Shown one piece after another: positions 9,139 to 20,091 of a DNA stretch of 64,000 nt. The position numbers and the translations under genes were made by a program. The notes under the pieces are model-generated. The model searched no databases. It was not told the origin of the DNA and was given only the letters and a program-made list of their open reading frames with translations. The DNA comes from an uncultured Clostridia bacterium (lineage in GTDB: Bacteria > Bacillota > Clostridia > TANB77 > CAG-508). The stretch is from positions 951 to 64,950 of the forward strand of contig CANQHC010000002.1 in the NCBI GenBank assembly GCA_947623595.1, in the 5' to 3' direction. Each line of letters opens with the position of its first letter. Within the stretch, counting starts at the first letter, position 1.

Positions 9139-9810
9139 ATGAATTTTAGCAAATTAGAAGAAAGCATAGGCTATACTTTTAAGAATAAGGAATTATTAAA
9201 AAAAGCATTAACTCATACATCATATGCATATGACAATCATGTAGAAAGCAATGAAAAGTTAGAATTTTTGGGAGATAGTATTTTAGAATTTTTATCAAGC
9301 AAATACATTTTCTTAAATTATCCAAAACTAAAAGAGGGAGAAATGACTAAAGTGAGAGCAGAGGTTGTTTGTGAGGATAGCTTGTTTTTAGTTGCACAAA
9401 AACATCATTTTAGTGATTTCTTATATTTAGGAAAAAGTGAAGCTGCAAGTAATGGAAGGACGAAACCAGCAATTTTGGCAGATAGTGTAGAAGCTGTAAT
9501 TGCAGCAATATATTTTGATAATGGATTGGATGAAGCTGAGAAATTTATTGTGAACAATTTAAAAGAAGCAATTGCATTGTGCAGTAAAAATGTAGGGATG
9601 AAAGACTACAAAACTGTATTACAGGAAAAGTTACAAGAAAATGGAAATGTATATATTCAATATGAAGTAATAAATACAACAGGACCAGATCATGATAAAA
9701 CTTTTGTTGTTCAAGTATCTTGTGATGGTAAATATTTGGCAACAGGAGAAGGCAAAACGAAAAAACAAGCAGAAATGCAAGCAGCACAAAAAGCTCTTGA
9801 AAAAATGTAA
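9139..9810 (+). CDS. rnc: Ribonuclease III
   Basis: 223 aa with the RNase III signature (LEFLGDSILE) and a C-terminal dsRBD. The plsX-acpP-rnc order matches Firmicute synteny. Confidence 0.88.
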   Translation: MNFSKLEESIGYTFKNKELLKKALTHTSYAYDNHVESNEKLEFLGDSILEFLSSKYIFLNYPKLKEGEMTKVRAEVVCEDSLFLVAQKHHFSDFLYLGKSEAASNGRTKPAILADSVEAVIAAIYFDNGLDEAEKFIVNNLKEAIALCSKNVGMKDYKTVLQEKLQENGNVYIQYEVINTTGPDHDKTFVVQVSCDGKYLATGEGKTKKQAEMQAAQKALEKM

Positions 9811-9870
9811 GATGAAAAATTGAAAAAGCAAGAATGTAGCAGAATATGATTAGAGAAAGGAAGATAATAT

Positions 9871-10947
9871 ATGAAAAAAGAATATATTATACCAATTTTT
9901 GTACCACATTTAGGGTGTCCACATAAATGCACTTTTTGTAATCAAAAAGAAATTAGTGGTGAAACAAAACAGGTGACAGCCCAAGATGTAAAAGATACAA
10001 TAGAATTTTATTTAAAAAATTTTAAAGATGATTCTAGATATGTAGAAGTTGCTTTTTTTGGTGGAAGTTTTACAGGAATTGATGAGAAAATTCAGAATGA
10101 GTTATTGGAAGCTGCAAATGAATATATATCAGCTGGAAAGGTTGGTAGTATTCGAATATCAACTAGACCGGACTATATAAATAAGGATATTTTAAAAAGA
10201 TTAAAACATTATAATGTAAAAACCATTGAATTAGGAGTACAATCTAGTAATGATTATATTTTAGCTAAATGTCAGAGAGGCCATACTTTTGATGATGTAA
10301 AAAAAGCATCTTTTCTTATTAGATGGAAAGGCTTTACTTTGGGACATCAAATGATGGTGGGGCTTCCAGAAAGTACAAAATTAGATGAAATAAATACAGC
10401 TAAACAACTAATTAAATTAAAACCTAAAATAGTTAGAATTTATCCTGTACTGGTAATTAAAGATACAGAATTAGAAAGAGAATATAAAGATGGAGAATAT
10501 CAACCACTAACGTTTGAGCAAGCAGTGGAACGTTCTAAAGAAGTAATGCAATTATTTAACAAAGCTAAAGTTGAAGTAATTAGATTAGGTCTTCAAAATA
10601 CAGAAGAAATTTCAGATCCTAATTCAGAGCAAAGTCAAGTAGTGGCAGGTCCATTCCACCCAGCATTTAGGCAATTAGTTGAATCTAGTATGTGGTATGA
10701 TGAAATTGTAGCAAAAATAAAGAAATTTAATGTAAAAGTTATGCAAGTGCTAATCACTGCAAACCCTGAAAATATTAATACTATTATAGGTCACAAGAAG
10801 GAAAATGTAAAAAAATTAAAAGAAGTTTATGATGTTGATGTTATTATAAAGCCAGATGAATCTATTAAAAAAGGAAAATTTGAAATTGAAATTGAAAAAA
10901 CTTATGAAGATATATTAGAAGAGGAAAGAGAAAAATTAAAAAAATAA
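9871..10947 (+). CDS. Radical SAM protein (ELP3/TIGR01212-like core, no GNAT domain)
   Basis: CxxxCxxC-like cluster near the N-terminus (HLGCPHKCTFCNQ). 358 aa. Confidence 0.65.
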   Translation: MKKEYIIPIFVPHLGCPHKCTFCNQKEISGETKQVTAQDVKDTIEFYLKNFKDDSRYVEVAFFGGSFTGIDEKIQNELLEAANEYISAGKVGSIRISTRPDYINKDILKRLKHYNVKTIELGVQSSNDYILAKCQRGHTFDDVKKASFLIRWKGFTLGHQMMVGLPESTKLDEINTAKQLIKLKPKIVRIYPVLVIKDTELEREYKDGEYQPLTFEQAVERSKEVMQLFNKAKVEVIRLGLQNTEEISDPNSEQSQVVAGPFHPAFRQLVESSMWYDEIVAKIKKFNVKVMQVLITANPENINTIIGHKKENVKKLKEVYDVDVIIKPDESIKKGKFEIEIEKTYEDILEEEREKLKK

Positions 10948-11001
10948 AATATGAATAAAATCACTTAATGTTACAAATAATTGTAATATTAGGTGATTTT
11001 T

Positions 11002-11871
11002 ATGGATTATGTGAAAACAAAAAGAGTAATAAAATTAAGAAAATATTTTATAGATGGTATATATATTATATTTGGTTGTTTTATTATGGCAGTAGGAACA
11101 TCTTTATTTTTACTTCCAAACCAACTTTCTTCAGGAGGATTTTCAGGAATTGCAACAATAATTTACTATCTTTTAGGTTTTCCATTGGGAATTACAATAT
11201 TAGTATTAAATATTCCTTTTCTATTATGGGCGTTATTTAAGGTAGGAAAAGAATTACTAATAAAATCAATACTAGGAACAGTTTTACTTGCAGTCTTCAT
11301 TGATTTATTAGAAAGCTTTCAAGTATTAACAGACGATAGGTTTTTGGCGTGTATTTATGGTGGAATAACTATAGGAATAGGTATGGCATTAGTATTAAAG
11401 GCAACAGCTTCCACAGGAGGAACTGATTTAATTTCATATATTGTAAAAGCATATAGGCCACATGTAAGAACTAGTAATTTTATTGTTATGTTAGATATTA
11501 TTATTGTTTCTTTAAACGTGCTTTTTTTTCGAGAGATAGAAATAGGATTATATTCTGCAATTGCTATTTATATAGTAGGAAAAATGATTGATATTATATT
11601 TGAAGGTGTTAACTTTACAAAGATGATGTTAATTGTTTCAAATAAATATAAGGAAATAGCTAAAGAAATAGGTGATAAAGTGCAAAGAGGTAGTACAGGA
11701 ATCTATGCAAAAGGAATGTATACTAGAGAAAAAAGGATGATACTTTTTTGTGTAGGGGCCAGAAATGAAGTAGCTAAAATTAAACAAATTGCAGTTAAAA
11801 TAGATCCAAAAGCTTTTATAGTAATTGCAAATGCTAGAGAAACATGGGGTAAAGGATTTAGAAAAGATTAA
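11002..11871 (+). CDS. YitT-family membrane protein (DUF161/DUF2179)
   Basis: Multiple TM helices followed by a C-terminal soluble domain (GSTGIYAKGMYTREKRMILFCVGARNEVAKIKQ) typical of YitT/YqfU proteins. Confidence 0.7.
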   Translation: MDYVKTKRVIKLRKYFIDGIYIIFGCFIMAVGTSLFLLPNQLSSGGFSGIATIIYYLLGFPLGITILVLNIPFLLWALFKVGKELLIKSILGTVLLAVFIDLLESFQVLTDDRFLACIYGGITIGIGMALVLKATASTGGTDLISYIVKAYRPHVRTSNFIVMLDIIIVSLNVLFFREIEIGLYSAIAIYIVGKMIDIIFEGVNFTKMMLIVSNKYKEIAKEIGDKVQRGSTGIYAKGMYTREKRMILFCVGARNEVAKIKQIAVKIDPKAFIVIANARETWGKGFRKD

Positions 11872-11933
11872 AATATAATGAAAATAAATTATTGTAAGAA
11901 ATTTGATATTACAATATTGATATAATTGCTAAA

Positions 11934-11961
11934 AACAGTATTTAAAAATACTGTTTTTTTG
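11934..11961 (+). terminator. Intrinsic terminator after yitT
   Basis: Perfect AACAGTATTT-aaa-AATACTGTT hairpin followed by TTTTTTT. Confidence 0.7.
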
Positions 11962-12013
11962 TGTATAATAGAAGTAATATGAAAAACTAAAAGCAAAGGA
12001 TTAAGTGATAAAA

Positions 12014-12880
12014 ATGACAGAACAAATATATAAAATGGAAAAAATGAATGCATTTGAATTAGAACATATTTTTGAATGTGGACAATGTTTTAGATGGAAT
12101 AGGCAACAAGATGGTAGTTATATTGGAGTATTTAGAAATAATGTTTTAAATGTAAAAATAGATGGAAATTTTATAATATTTCAAGGCATGTGTGAAAATG
12201 ATATCGAAGAAACTGTAATAGACTATTTTGACTTAAAAAGAGATTATGAAAATATTAAGAAAAGCTTAAGTCAAATTGATGAACCATTAAAAATTAGTAT
12301 TGAATACGGAAGCGGGATAAGACTTTTAAATCAAGATTTATGGGAGACTATAATTTCTTTTATTATATCTGCTAATAACAATATACCAAGAATAAAGGGA
12401 ATAATAGAGAGATTATCAAAACAATATGGAAAGCCAATTAAATGGAATGGAAATACATATTATACTTTTCCAACCACAGAAGAGCTATCAAAAGCAAGTG
12501 TGGAAGATTTAAAAAAGTTAGGGTTAGGCTTTCGAGATAAAAGAGTATATGAAACTACAAAAATGATTTTAAATAATGATGTTGACTTAAATAAATTATC
12601 TAAAGAGAGCAAAACAGAAGTAATAAGAGATACATTACTTATTCTTCCAGGAGTTGGGCCAAAAGTTGCTGATTGTATTATGCTATTTTCTACCTTAAAG
12701 TGTTTAGATGTATTTCCAGTAGACGTATGGGTTAGAAGAGTAATGAATGAATTATATTTTAAATTACCAGATGAAAACAAATTAAAAAGAGCGCAAATAG
12801 AAAAGCTAGCAAGTGAAAAATATGGAAACTTAGCAGGAATAGCACAACAATATTTATTTTATTGGAAAAGAGAAGCATAG
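12014..12880 (+). CDS. ogg: 8-oxoguanine DNA glycosylase / HhH-GPD family N-glycosylase-DNA lyase (Ogg1-type)
   Basis: HhH-GPD motif (LPGVGPKVADCIMLF...D). About 290 aa, like clostridial Ogg enzymes. The start, ATG 12014 versus GTG 12005, is ambiguous. Confidence 0.65.
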   Translation: MTEQIYKMEKMNAFELEHIFECGQCFRWNRQQDGSYIGVFRNNVLNVKIDGNFIIFQGMCENDIEETVIDYFDLKRDYENIKKSLSQIDEPLKISIEYGSGIRLLNQDLWETIISFIISANNNIPRIKGIIERLSKQYGKPIKWNGNTYYTFPTTEELSKASVEDLKKLGLGFRDKRVYETTKMILNNDVDLNKLSKESKTEVIRDTLLILPGVGPKVADCIMLFSTLKCLDVFPVDVWVRRVMNELYFKLPDENKLKRAQIEKLASEKYGNLAGIAQQYLFYWKREA

Positions 12881-12970
12881 TTTTAAATATGAATTAATAA
12901 AAGTTAGAAATAAATGTATAGATAAAAAAGTAAATTTAAAAGTTTTAATAAAATATAAATGGAGGAAGAA

Positions 12971-15900
12971 ATGAGTTTACAAATAGTATATGGTACAGCA
13001 GGAACTGGAAAAAGTCATTATGTATTTGAAAAAGTACAGGAACAAATCAATAAAGAATCTGTGCATCCTATAAAAATAATTACTCCAGAGCAATTTTCTT
13101 TTACAGCAGAAAAACAACTACTAGAAACATCAAGTTCAAACAGTATGCTAAAGGCAGAGGTTATTACTTTTGCACGTATGGCATATAGAGTTTTAAATGA
13201 GGTTGGAGGAAAAGCGAGGTTACGATTATCTAGTTCTGGAAGAGCAATGCTTGCCAATTATATTCTGTTAACACAAAAGAATGATTTTTCTTTTATAGGA
13301 AATTCAGAAGAAAATGTAGAAATGATAACAAGGCAAATAACAGAATTAAAGAAACATAGAGTTTCTGTAGAAGACTTAAAACAAGCGGTAGAAAAAACAG
13401 ATGATAGGTATTTAAATTTAAAATTACAAGATATATTAACTTTATATGATTGTTATACAAAAACAATTGAGAGTCAATATATTGACGAAAATGATGGATT
13501 AACACTTTTAGCTCAAAAATTAGAACATTCTGATGAATTTAAAAATTGTGATGTTTATATAGATGAATTTGCTGGTTTTACATTACAAGAATATGAAGTT
13601 TTGAGAAAATTAATGAGAATATCTAATAAAATAACTATTACAATTTGTGCAGATGACTTAGATGAAAATACAAATCCTGATAAAGACGTATTTTATGCGA
13701 ATAAACAAACTGCACAAAGAATTTTAAAGATTGCAAAACAAGAAAATATTACTGTAGAAGAACCAATTTGTCTGCAAGAAAATAAAAGATTTAAGAATGA
13801 AGAAATAAAGCATTTAGCAGAGAACATAAGTAAAACTATATATAAAAAATATGAAAGTAATGTTTCGAACATTTCTTTATTTCTTGCAAATAATCCATAT
13901 TCTGAGATAGAACAAGTTGCTATTCAAATTACAAAACTTGTAAAACTAGGATATCGTTATGAAGAAATTGCAGTTATTACCAAAGATATTCAAGTATATA
14001 GTAGTTTGTGTAGAGTTATTTTTAATAAATATGAGATACCAGTTTTTATTGATGAGAAAAAAGATTTTAGTAATAACATCTTTGTAAAATTTGTATTATC
14101 ATTATTAGACGTTTTTGCAAAAAAATGGTCATATGAAGCTGTATTTGGATATATAAAAACAAATTTTTTACAGTTAGAAGATTCAGAAATTGCATTATTG
14201 GAAAATTACTGCATAAAATGGGGAATAAAAGGAAGCAAATGGTACAATAAAGAATGGAATTTTTATGATGAAACAGAAGATGAAAAGAAAATTATTTTAT
14301 ATAGTAAAAAGAAAGTGGTAGAACCATTATTAGAATTAAAGAAAAAATTGCAAGGAACAAAAAATGTTAAAGAAATTACAAAAGCTATTTATGAATTCAT
14401 AATGGAAAATAAAATTGATGAAAAGCTAGAATTAAAAATAGAAAATTTGAAAGATAATAATCAATTAGAAAAGGCAAAAGAATACGAAAAAAGTTTTCAA
14501 ACTTTAATAGAAGTGTTGGATGAAATAGTATTAGTATTAGGAGAAAAAAATATTACATTTGAAAAATATTCTAAAATATTAAAAATTGGTTTTGGACAAA
14601 GTGATTTAGGAATAATTCCAGCTACTTCAGATCAAGTAATTGTGGGAGATGTAGATCGTTCAAGATCTCATAAGGTTAAAATTGCTTTTTTAATAGGCTT
14701 AAATGACGGCAGTTTCCCAAGCATTCAAAAAGATGAAGGCTTTTTAGATGATGATGACAGGGAAAATCTAAAAGAACAGGGGATTGAACTTGCAAAAGGA
14801 ACAATGGAGCAACTATATGATGATAATTTTAATATTTATAAAGCTTTTAGTACAGCAGAAGAAAAAATATTTTTATCATATCTTTCTTCAGATGCAGGTG
14901 GAACATCTCTTAGACCTTCAATAATGATAAACAAGTTAAAAAGAATCTTTCCGAATTTACAAGAGCAAAGTGATGTTATAAGTAGAAAAAGTGAAATATT
15001 ATTAAAAAATACTACTTTTGATGAATTATTAGTACAGCTTAGAAATTTAAAGCAAGGTGAAGAAATAAATCCAATATGGTTTGAAGTTTATAAATATTAT
15101 TTATTAAATGATACAGAAAAATTGACTCATGCTTTAAATGCAATTGAATATCAAAATATACCAGAAAAAATTCAAAAGAAAAATTTGCAAAAATTGTATG
15201 GAGATACATTAAAAGCGAGTGTATCACGATTGGAACAATATGAATCTTGTGCATTTTCATATTATTTGAAATATGGCCTAAAATTGAAAGAGAAGAGTAC
15301 ATTTAAAGTAGAATCAATAGATACAGGAAACTTTATGCATGAAGTAATAGATAGCTTTTTTGAAAAATTAGAAGAGCAAGAAATTTCAGTAAAACAAATA
15401 AATACGGAACAAATAAAAAATATAACAGAAGAAATTGTTCAGGAAAAATTAAGTTTAAAAAAATATGATATTTTTAATAGTATTCCAAAATATCGAATTT
15501 TAGCACAAAGATTAAAAAGAGTAGTTGTTAAAGCAATGGAATATATTGTTAAAAGCCTTAAATATAGTGAATTTGAAATATTAGGACATGAAATTGAATT
15601 TAAAGAAGGAAAAGAATATCCTCCAATCGTATTTGAATTAAATGATGGTAAAAAGGTAGAAATTACTGGAAAAATTGATAGAATGGATATTGCAAAAATG
15701 CCTAATGGAAACTATATTCGTATTATTGATTATAAATCTTCCATAAAAAATATTAATTTGAATGAAGTATTTGCAGGGCTACAGTTACAACTTTTAACTT
15801 ATTTAGATGCGACTTGTAGGGAAAATAATGTATTACCAGCAGGGGCATTCTATTTTAACTTAATTGAACCTATTTTAAGTGGAATAGATGGGTTAAGTGA

Positions 15901-16315
15901 TGAAGAAATAGAGAATGAACTTGGAAAGCAGTTTAAGATGCAGGGATTAATTCTTGCAGATAGTCAGATTGTAAGAAAAATGGACACTAAATTAACATCC
16001 GGATATTCGGATATTGTACCAGCTTATGTGACTAAGGATGAAAAAGTTAGTGAAAAGGCAAATACATTAAATAGAAAACAATTTGAAAAATTACAAAATT
16101 ATATAGAGAAAATTATTAAGCAAATTTCAGAAGAAATATTAAATGGGGATATTGGAATAAAACCATATTATCGTATGAGGGATAAAGCAACAGCATGTGA
16201 TTATTGCAATTTTAAGTCCATATGTCAGTTCAATCAAACAACTAAAAACGAATATCGTTATATTTCAAATTTTGCTAAAGATGTAGTTTTAGAAAAAATG
16301 GAAAAAAGCGATTGA
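12971..16315 (+). CDS. addB: ATP-dependent helicase/deoxyribonuclease subunit B (AddB/RexB)
   Basis: N-terminal Walker A (VYGTAGTGKSH). C-terminal nuclease domain with the AddB Fe-S cysteine cluster (CDYCNFKSICQF). About 1114 aa. GGAGG is embedded just upstream of ATG 12971. Confidence 0.85.
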   Translation: MSLQIVYGTAGTGKSHYVFEKVQEQINKESVHPIKIITPEQFSFTAEKQLLETSSSNSMLKAEVITFARMAYRVLNEVGGKARLRLSSSGRAMLANYILLTQKNDFSFIGNSEENVEMITRQITELKKHRVSVEDLKQAVEKTDDRYLNLKLQDILTLYDCYTKTIESQYIDENDGLTLLAQKLEHSDEFKNCDVYIDEFAGFTLQEYEVLRKLMRISNKITITICADDLDENTNPDKDVFYANKQTAQRILKIAKQENITVEEPICLQENKRFKNEEIKHLAENISKTIYKKYESNVSNISLFLANNPYSEIEQVAIQITKLVKLGYRYEEIAVITKDIQVYSSLCRVIFNKYEIPVFIDEKKDFSNNIFVKFVLSLLDVFAKKWSYEAVFGYIKTNFLQLEDSEIALLENYCIKWGIKGSKWYNKEWNFYDETEDEKKIILYSKKKVVEPLLELKKKLQGTKNVKEITKAIYEFIMENKIDEKLELKIENLKDNNQLEKAKEYEKSFQTLIEVLDEIVLVLGEKNITFEKYSKILKIGFGQSDLGIIPATSDQVIVGDVDRSRSHKVKIAFLIGLNDGSFPSIQKDEGFLDDDDRENLKEQGIELAKGTMEQLYDDNFNIYKAFSTAEEKIFLSYLSSDAGGTSLRPSIMINKLKRIFPNLQEQSDVISRKSEILLKNTTFDELLVQLRNLKQGEEINPIWFEVYKYYLLNDTEKLTHALNAIEYQNIPEKIQKKNLQKLYGDTLKASVSRLEQYESCAFSYYLKYGLKLKEKSTFKVESIDTGNFMHEVIDSFFEKLEEQEISVKQINTEQIKNITEEIVQEKLSLKKYDIFNSIPKYRILAQRLKRVVVKAMEYIVKSLKYSEFEILGHEIEFKEGKEYPPIVFELNDGKKVEITGKIDRMDIAKMPNGNYIRIIDYKSSIKNINLNEVFAGLQLQLLTYLDATCRENNVLPAGAFYFNLIEPILSGIDGLSDEEIENELGKQFKMQGLILADSQIVRKMDTKLTSGYSDIVPAYVTKDEKVSEKANTLNRKQFEKLQNYIEKIIKQISEEILNGDIGIKPYYRMRDKATACDYCNFKSICQFNQTTKNEYRYISNFAKDVVLEKMEKSD

Positions 16316-16346
16316 GCTTAAAAATTATAATAAGAAAGGATTTTTT

Positions 16347-17153
16347 ATGACAAAAATTTGGGAAGATGAAAATTTAGTATGTATTCAAAAAAATGATGTT
16401 CAATATTTACAATTCAAGAAGTTATTAAATTATCCAGAGATAGAACATTGTTATACATCAAGAAAAAATGAAATTGATTTTCCACTAATTTCTAAAAATG
16501 AAAAAGTGCTAAAACAAAGTTATAGGAGAATATGTAATTGCTTAAATTTGGATGAAAATAAAATAATAAAACCACATCAAACTCATACAACCAATGTAGA
16601 AGTTGTGGAAGAAGTAAAAGAGCTTGATCAAGTAGATGGGGTATTAACCAATAAGAAAGAATTAGTATTACTTACTTCTTCAGCTGATTGCATTTCCTTA
16701 TTATTCTATGATCCTATGAAGAAAGTTATAGGAAGTGTTCATTCAGGTTGGAGAGGAACATTAGCTGGTATAAGCAAAAAAGCAGTTGAAAAAATGATTG
16801 ATTATTATGGATGTAATCCTAAAGATATTATTTGTTGCATTTGCCCAAGTATAAGAAGTTGCTGTTTTGAGGTAGATGAAGATGTAAAAAAATTATTTAT
16901 GGAACAATATAAAGACTTAGAACAAATACAAAATATTATTCAAGAAGATAATATAAAAGATGGAAAACAAAAATATAAAATAGATACTGTAAAAATAAAT
17001 GAAATCTTATTAGAAAAAATGGGGTTAAAAAAAGAGAATATTATAGATAGTAATATTTGTACAGTTTGTCATAGTGATGAATTTCATTCATATAGAGTTG
17101 ATAAAGAAGAATCAGGCAGAAATGCTGCCTTGATTGCTTTAGTAAATTGTTAA
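16347..17153 (+). CDS. pgeF: Peptidoglycan editing factor PgeF (YfiH/DUF152, purine nucleoside phosphorylase or laccase-domain family)
   Basis: Conserved His/Cys motifs of the YfiH family (HQTHTTNV..., LLTSSADCISLL, HSGWRGT). Confidence 0.8.
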   Translation: MTKIWEDENLVCIQKNDVQYLQFKKLLNYPEIEHCYTSRKNEIDFPLISKNEKVLKQSYRRICNCLNLDENKIIKPHQTHTTNVEVVEEVKELDQVDGVLTNKKELVLLTSSADCISLLFYDPMKKVIGSVHSGWRGTLAGISKKAVEKMIDYYGCNPKDIICCICPSIRSCCFEVDEDVKKLFMEQYKDLEQIQNIIQEDNIKDGKQKYKIDTVKINEILLEKMGLKKENIIDSNICTVCHSDEFHSYRVDKEESGRNAALIALVNC

Positions 17154-17223
17154 ATGTAGCATAAATAAAAATATATATGATTAATAATTATTGAAAAAAG
17201 TATAAATAAAAATAGGAGGAAAA

Positions 17224-18135
17224 ATGATACCACAAAGATTAAAAAAAGGAGATATTATTGGATTAATTTCTCCATCAGATAGTATAACTAAAGATGATTT
17301 AGATGTTATTAATAATTCAATATGCTTAGTTGAAGCTTCTGGATTTAGAATTAGAATTGGTAAATATGCATTAGCAAATACATTGGGATATGGTGCAACT
17401 GCGAGGGAAAAAGCAGAAGATATAAATAGTATGTTTGGTGATCCAGAAGTAAAAGCAATTTTTTGTATTTCTGGAGGATTTAATTCAAATAGTACATTTG
17501 ATTATTTGGATTATGACAAGATTAAATGCAATCCAAAAATAATTTGTGGCTTCAGTGATTCAACTTCTATATTAAATGTTATATATAATAAAACGGGATT
17601 AGTTACTTTTCATGGGCCAACATTCAAGGCATTGACCTCATGGGAAACAGAATACGGGTATAAGGAAGTAATGAAACGTTTAGTAGAAGGTGGACTTATG
17701 ATTGGACAAGCTGATGAAGAATATAAAACAATAAATCCAGGAATTGCTAGAGGAATATTGGTAGGAGGAAATTTAAGTTTAGTAAATGAAATGGTATCTG
17801 GAAAATATCAAATCGATTTTACAGATAAAATTTTATTTTTAGAAGAATTGTTTTTAGAAACACCACCAGCATTAGTAAGTAATTACTTATACCATATGAA
17901 GCAAAATAACGTGTTCGATAAAATAAAAGGAATTTGGGTAGGAAATTATGATGGAAGCATTGCTTTAGAACAAATACTTTTAGATACATTGGATGGAGAA
18001 TATAATTTCCCAATTATCAAATCTAACAATTTTGGACATATTGATAAGAAAACAGTAATACCAATTGGTACAATGGCAAAAATAGATACTTCTAAAGAAG
18101 TCAAGATAGAACTAACCGAAAATTGTGTTGAGTAA
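17224..18135 (+). CDS. ldcA: LD-carboxypeptidase (peptidase S66, murein tetrapeptide carboxypeptidase)
   Basis: S66 family motifs (GDIIGLISPS, GGFNSN, GFSDSTS with the nucleophile Ser, and a C-terminal His). Confidence 0.8.
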   Translation: MIPQRLKKGDIIGLISPSDSITKDDLDVINNSICLVEASGFRIRIGKYALANTLGYGATAREKAEDINSMFGDPEVKAIFCISGGFNSNSTFDYLDYDKIKCNPKIICGFSDSTSILNVIYNKTGLVTFHGPTFKALTSWETEYGYKEVMKRLVEGGLMIGQADEEYKTINPGIARGILVGGNLSLVNEMVSGKYQIDFTDKILFLEELFLETPPALVSNYLYHMKQNNVFDKIKGIWVGNYDGSIALEQILLDTLDGEYNFPIIKSNNFGHIDKKTVIPIGTMAKIDTSKEVKIELTENCVE

Positions 18136-18169
18136 TTTAAAATTAATTGTCGAAAAGAAGGTAATAAAA

Positions 18170-18751
18170 ATGTATGAAACTTGGGAGGAATTAGAAAATA
18201 GTATTCAAAACTGTAATAAATGTAAATTGTATAAAAATAGGCATAGTATTGTATTTGGAGAAGGAAATAAACAAGCTGACCTAATGTTTATAGGAGAGGG
18301 GCCTGGAGCGGATGAGGATGCTCAAGGAATTCCTTTTGTTGGAAAAGCAGGTCAACTTATGAATAAAGCTTTCCAAGGATTGGGCTTAAAAAGGGAGGAA
18401 GTTTATATTGCTAATATAGTAAAATGTAGGCCACCTTCTAATCGTGTGCCAGAAGAAGACGAAGCTATAGCTTGTTTGGATTATCTAAGAAATCAAGTTT
18501 TACTAATAAAACCTAAAATAATAGTGCTATTAGGAAGTACTGCTTTAAAAAATATTTTAGGAAAAGAATATGGAATAACAGCTTCTAGAGGAAAATGGAT
18601 AGAGCAAAAGGAAATTTTGTATATGCCAACATGGCATCCAGCAGCACTTTTAAGAGATGAAAATAAGAAAATTGAATTTTGGAAAGATTTAAAAGAAGCA
18701 ATAAAGAGATATGAAGAATTAAAGGAAGAGAAAATAAATATGGAAGGCTAA
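18170..18751 (+). CDS. Uracil-DNA glycosylase, family 4
   Basis: GEGPGADEDAQGIPFVGKAGQLMN motif plus an N-terminal Cys cluster (CNKCKLY). RBS GAAGG lies upstream of ATG 18170. Confidence 0.8.
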   Translation: MYETWEELENSIQNCNKCKLYKNRHSIVFGEGNKQADLMFIGEGPGADEDAQGIPFVGKAGQLMNKAFQGLGLKREEVYIANIVKCRPPSNRVPEEDEAIACLDYLRNQVLLIKPKIIVLLGSTALKNILGKEYGITASRGKWIEQKEILYMPTWHPAALLRDENKKIEFWKDLKEAIKRYEELKEEKINMEG

Positions 18752-18834
18752 AAAATTAATTAATAGGCTGTTTCATATTAGCCATAAGAATTAATCAGAA
18801 AATAGAACAATAAAAAGATGAAAGGAAATAGAAA

Positions 18835-20091
18835 ATGGAAAAAGATATACAGGAGCTTACTAATTATTGCCTAAATTGTGCGTCTAAACCATGCAGTCAA
18901 AAAGGTTGTCCACTTGATAATGATATTCCAACATTTATAAAGTATACAAAGGAAGGAGAATTTGAGCAAGCATATCAAACTTTAATTCAAACTACAGTGT
19001 TAGGAAGTGTTTGTGGTAGAATATGTCCACATCAAAAACAATGTCAAGGAAGTTGTGTAAGAGGCTTCAAGAATGAGCCGGTTTCTATTGGAGAGATAGA
19101 GGCTTTTATATTTGATAAAGCATTTGAAGAAAAATATGACAGAAGTATAAAAAAAGAAAATGTGTTAGCTAATAAAAAGGTTGCAATAGTAGGTGGAGGA
19201 CCTTCAGGGCTTACATGTAGTGCTTTTTTAGCAAGAAAAGGAGCGAAAGTTACAATTTATGAGAAATATGATGTGCTTGGAGGAATATTAAGTCACGGAA
19301 TACCTGATTTTAGACTTGATAAAAAAATATTAAATAAAACTATTACATCAATTTTAAACTTGGGAATAGAAGTAAAATATGGTAAAGAATTAGGAAGAAA
19401 TTTGCAGTTAGCAGATTTACAAAAACAATATGATGCTGTATTTTTAGCATTTGGAGCAAACATATCAAGGAAAATGGAAATCGAAGGAGAAGAACTAGAA
19501 GGAGTTTTTGGAGGAAATGCCCTATTAGAATTGCAAAATCATCCCGATTATGAAAATAAAATAGTCGCAGTAAGTGGTGGGGGAAATGTTGCAATGGATT
19601 GTGCTAGAACAATCAAGCGTTTAGGAGCAAAGAAAGTAATGGTTATATATAGAAGGTCTAAAGAAGAAATGCCAGCAGAAGAAAAAGAGATAATGGAAGC
19701 AAAAGAAGATGGGGTAGAATTTTTATTTCAAAATAATATTGTTAAAATATTAGGAAATAAAAAGGTTGAACATATTGAATGTGTTAAAACAAAATTGATA
19801 GAAAAAGAAGGTGCAAAAAGAAAAATTCCAATAGATATAGATGGAAGTAATTATATATTGGATGTTGATTATGTGGTAATGGCTGTTGGTGCAAATGTTG
19901 AAACAGATATTTTAAATACTCAGCACTTGCCAAGCACTGAAAGAAAATATTTGGAGGTAGGTCAAAATTACAGAGTTGGAGATACAAATATTTTCGCAGG
20001 TGGAGATTTAATAGGGACAACTTCAACTGTTGCATGGGCTGCAAGGGACGGAAGAGAAGCGGCAAGAGCAATAGAAGAATATATAAATTAA
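18835..20091 (+). CDS. GltD-like FAD/NAD(P)-dependent oxidoreductase with an N-terminal Fe-S domain (glutamate synthase small-chain family)
   Basis: N-terminal Cys-rich domain. Rossmann motif VAIVGGGPSGLTCSAF and a second dinucleotide-binding motif VSGGGNVAMD. 418 aa. Confidence 0.7.
   Translation: MEKDIQELTNYCLNCASKPCSQKGCPLDNDIPTFIKYTKEGEFEQAYQTLIQTTVLGSVCGRICPHQKQCQGSCVRGFKNEPVSIGEIEAFIFDKAFEEKYDRSIKKENVLANKKVAIVGGGPSGLTCSAFLARKGAKVTIYEKYDVLGGILSHGIPDFRLDKKILNKTITSILNLGIEVKYGKELGRNLQLADLQKQYDAVFLAFGANISRKMEIEGEELEGVFGGNALLELQNHPDYENKIVAVSGGGNVAMDCARTIKRLGAKKVMVIYRRSKEEMPAEEKEIMEAKEDGVEFLFQNNIVKILGNKKVEHIECVKTKLIEKEGAKRKIPIDIDGSNYILDVDYVVMAVGANVETDILNTQHLPSTERKYLEVGQNYRVGDTNIFAGGDLIGTTSTVAWAARDGREAARAIEEYIN

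Noticed and set aside
10968-11240. 90-aa ORF overlapping the start of yitT
   Set aside because: It is in an alternative frame of the YitT N-terminus. The YitT frame is the conserved one.
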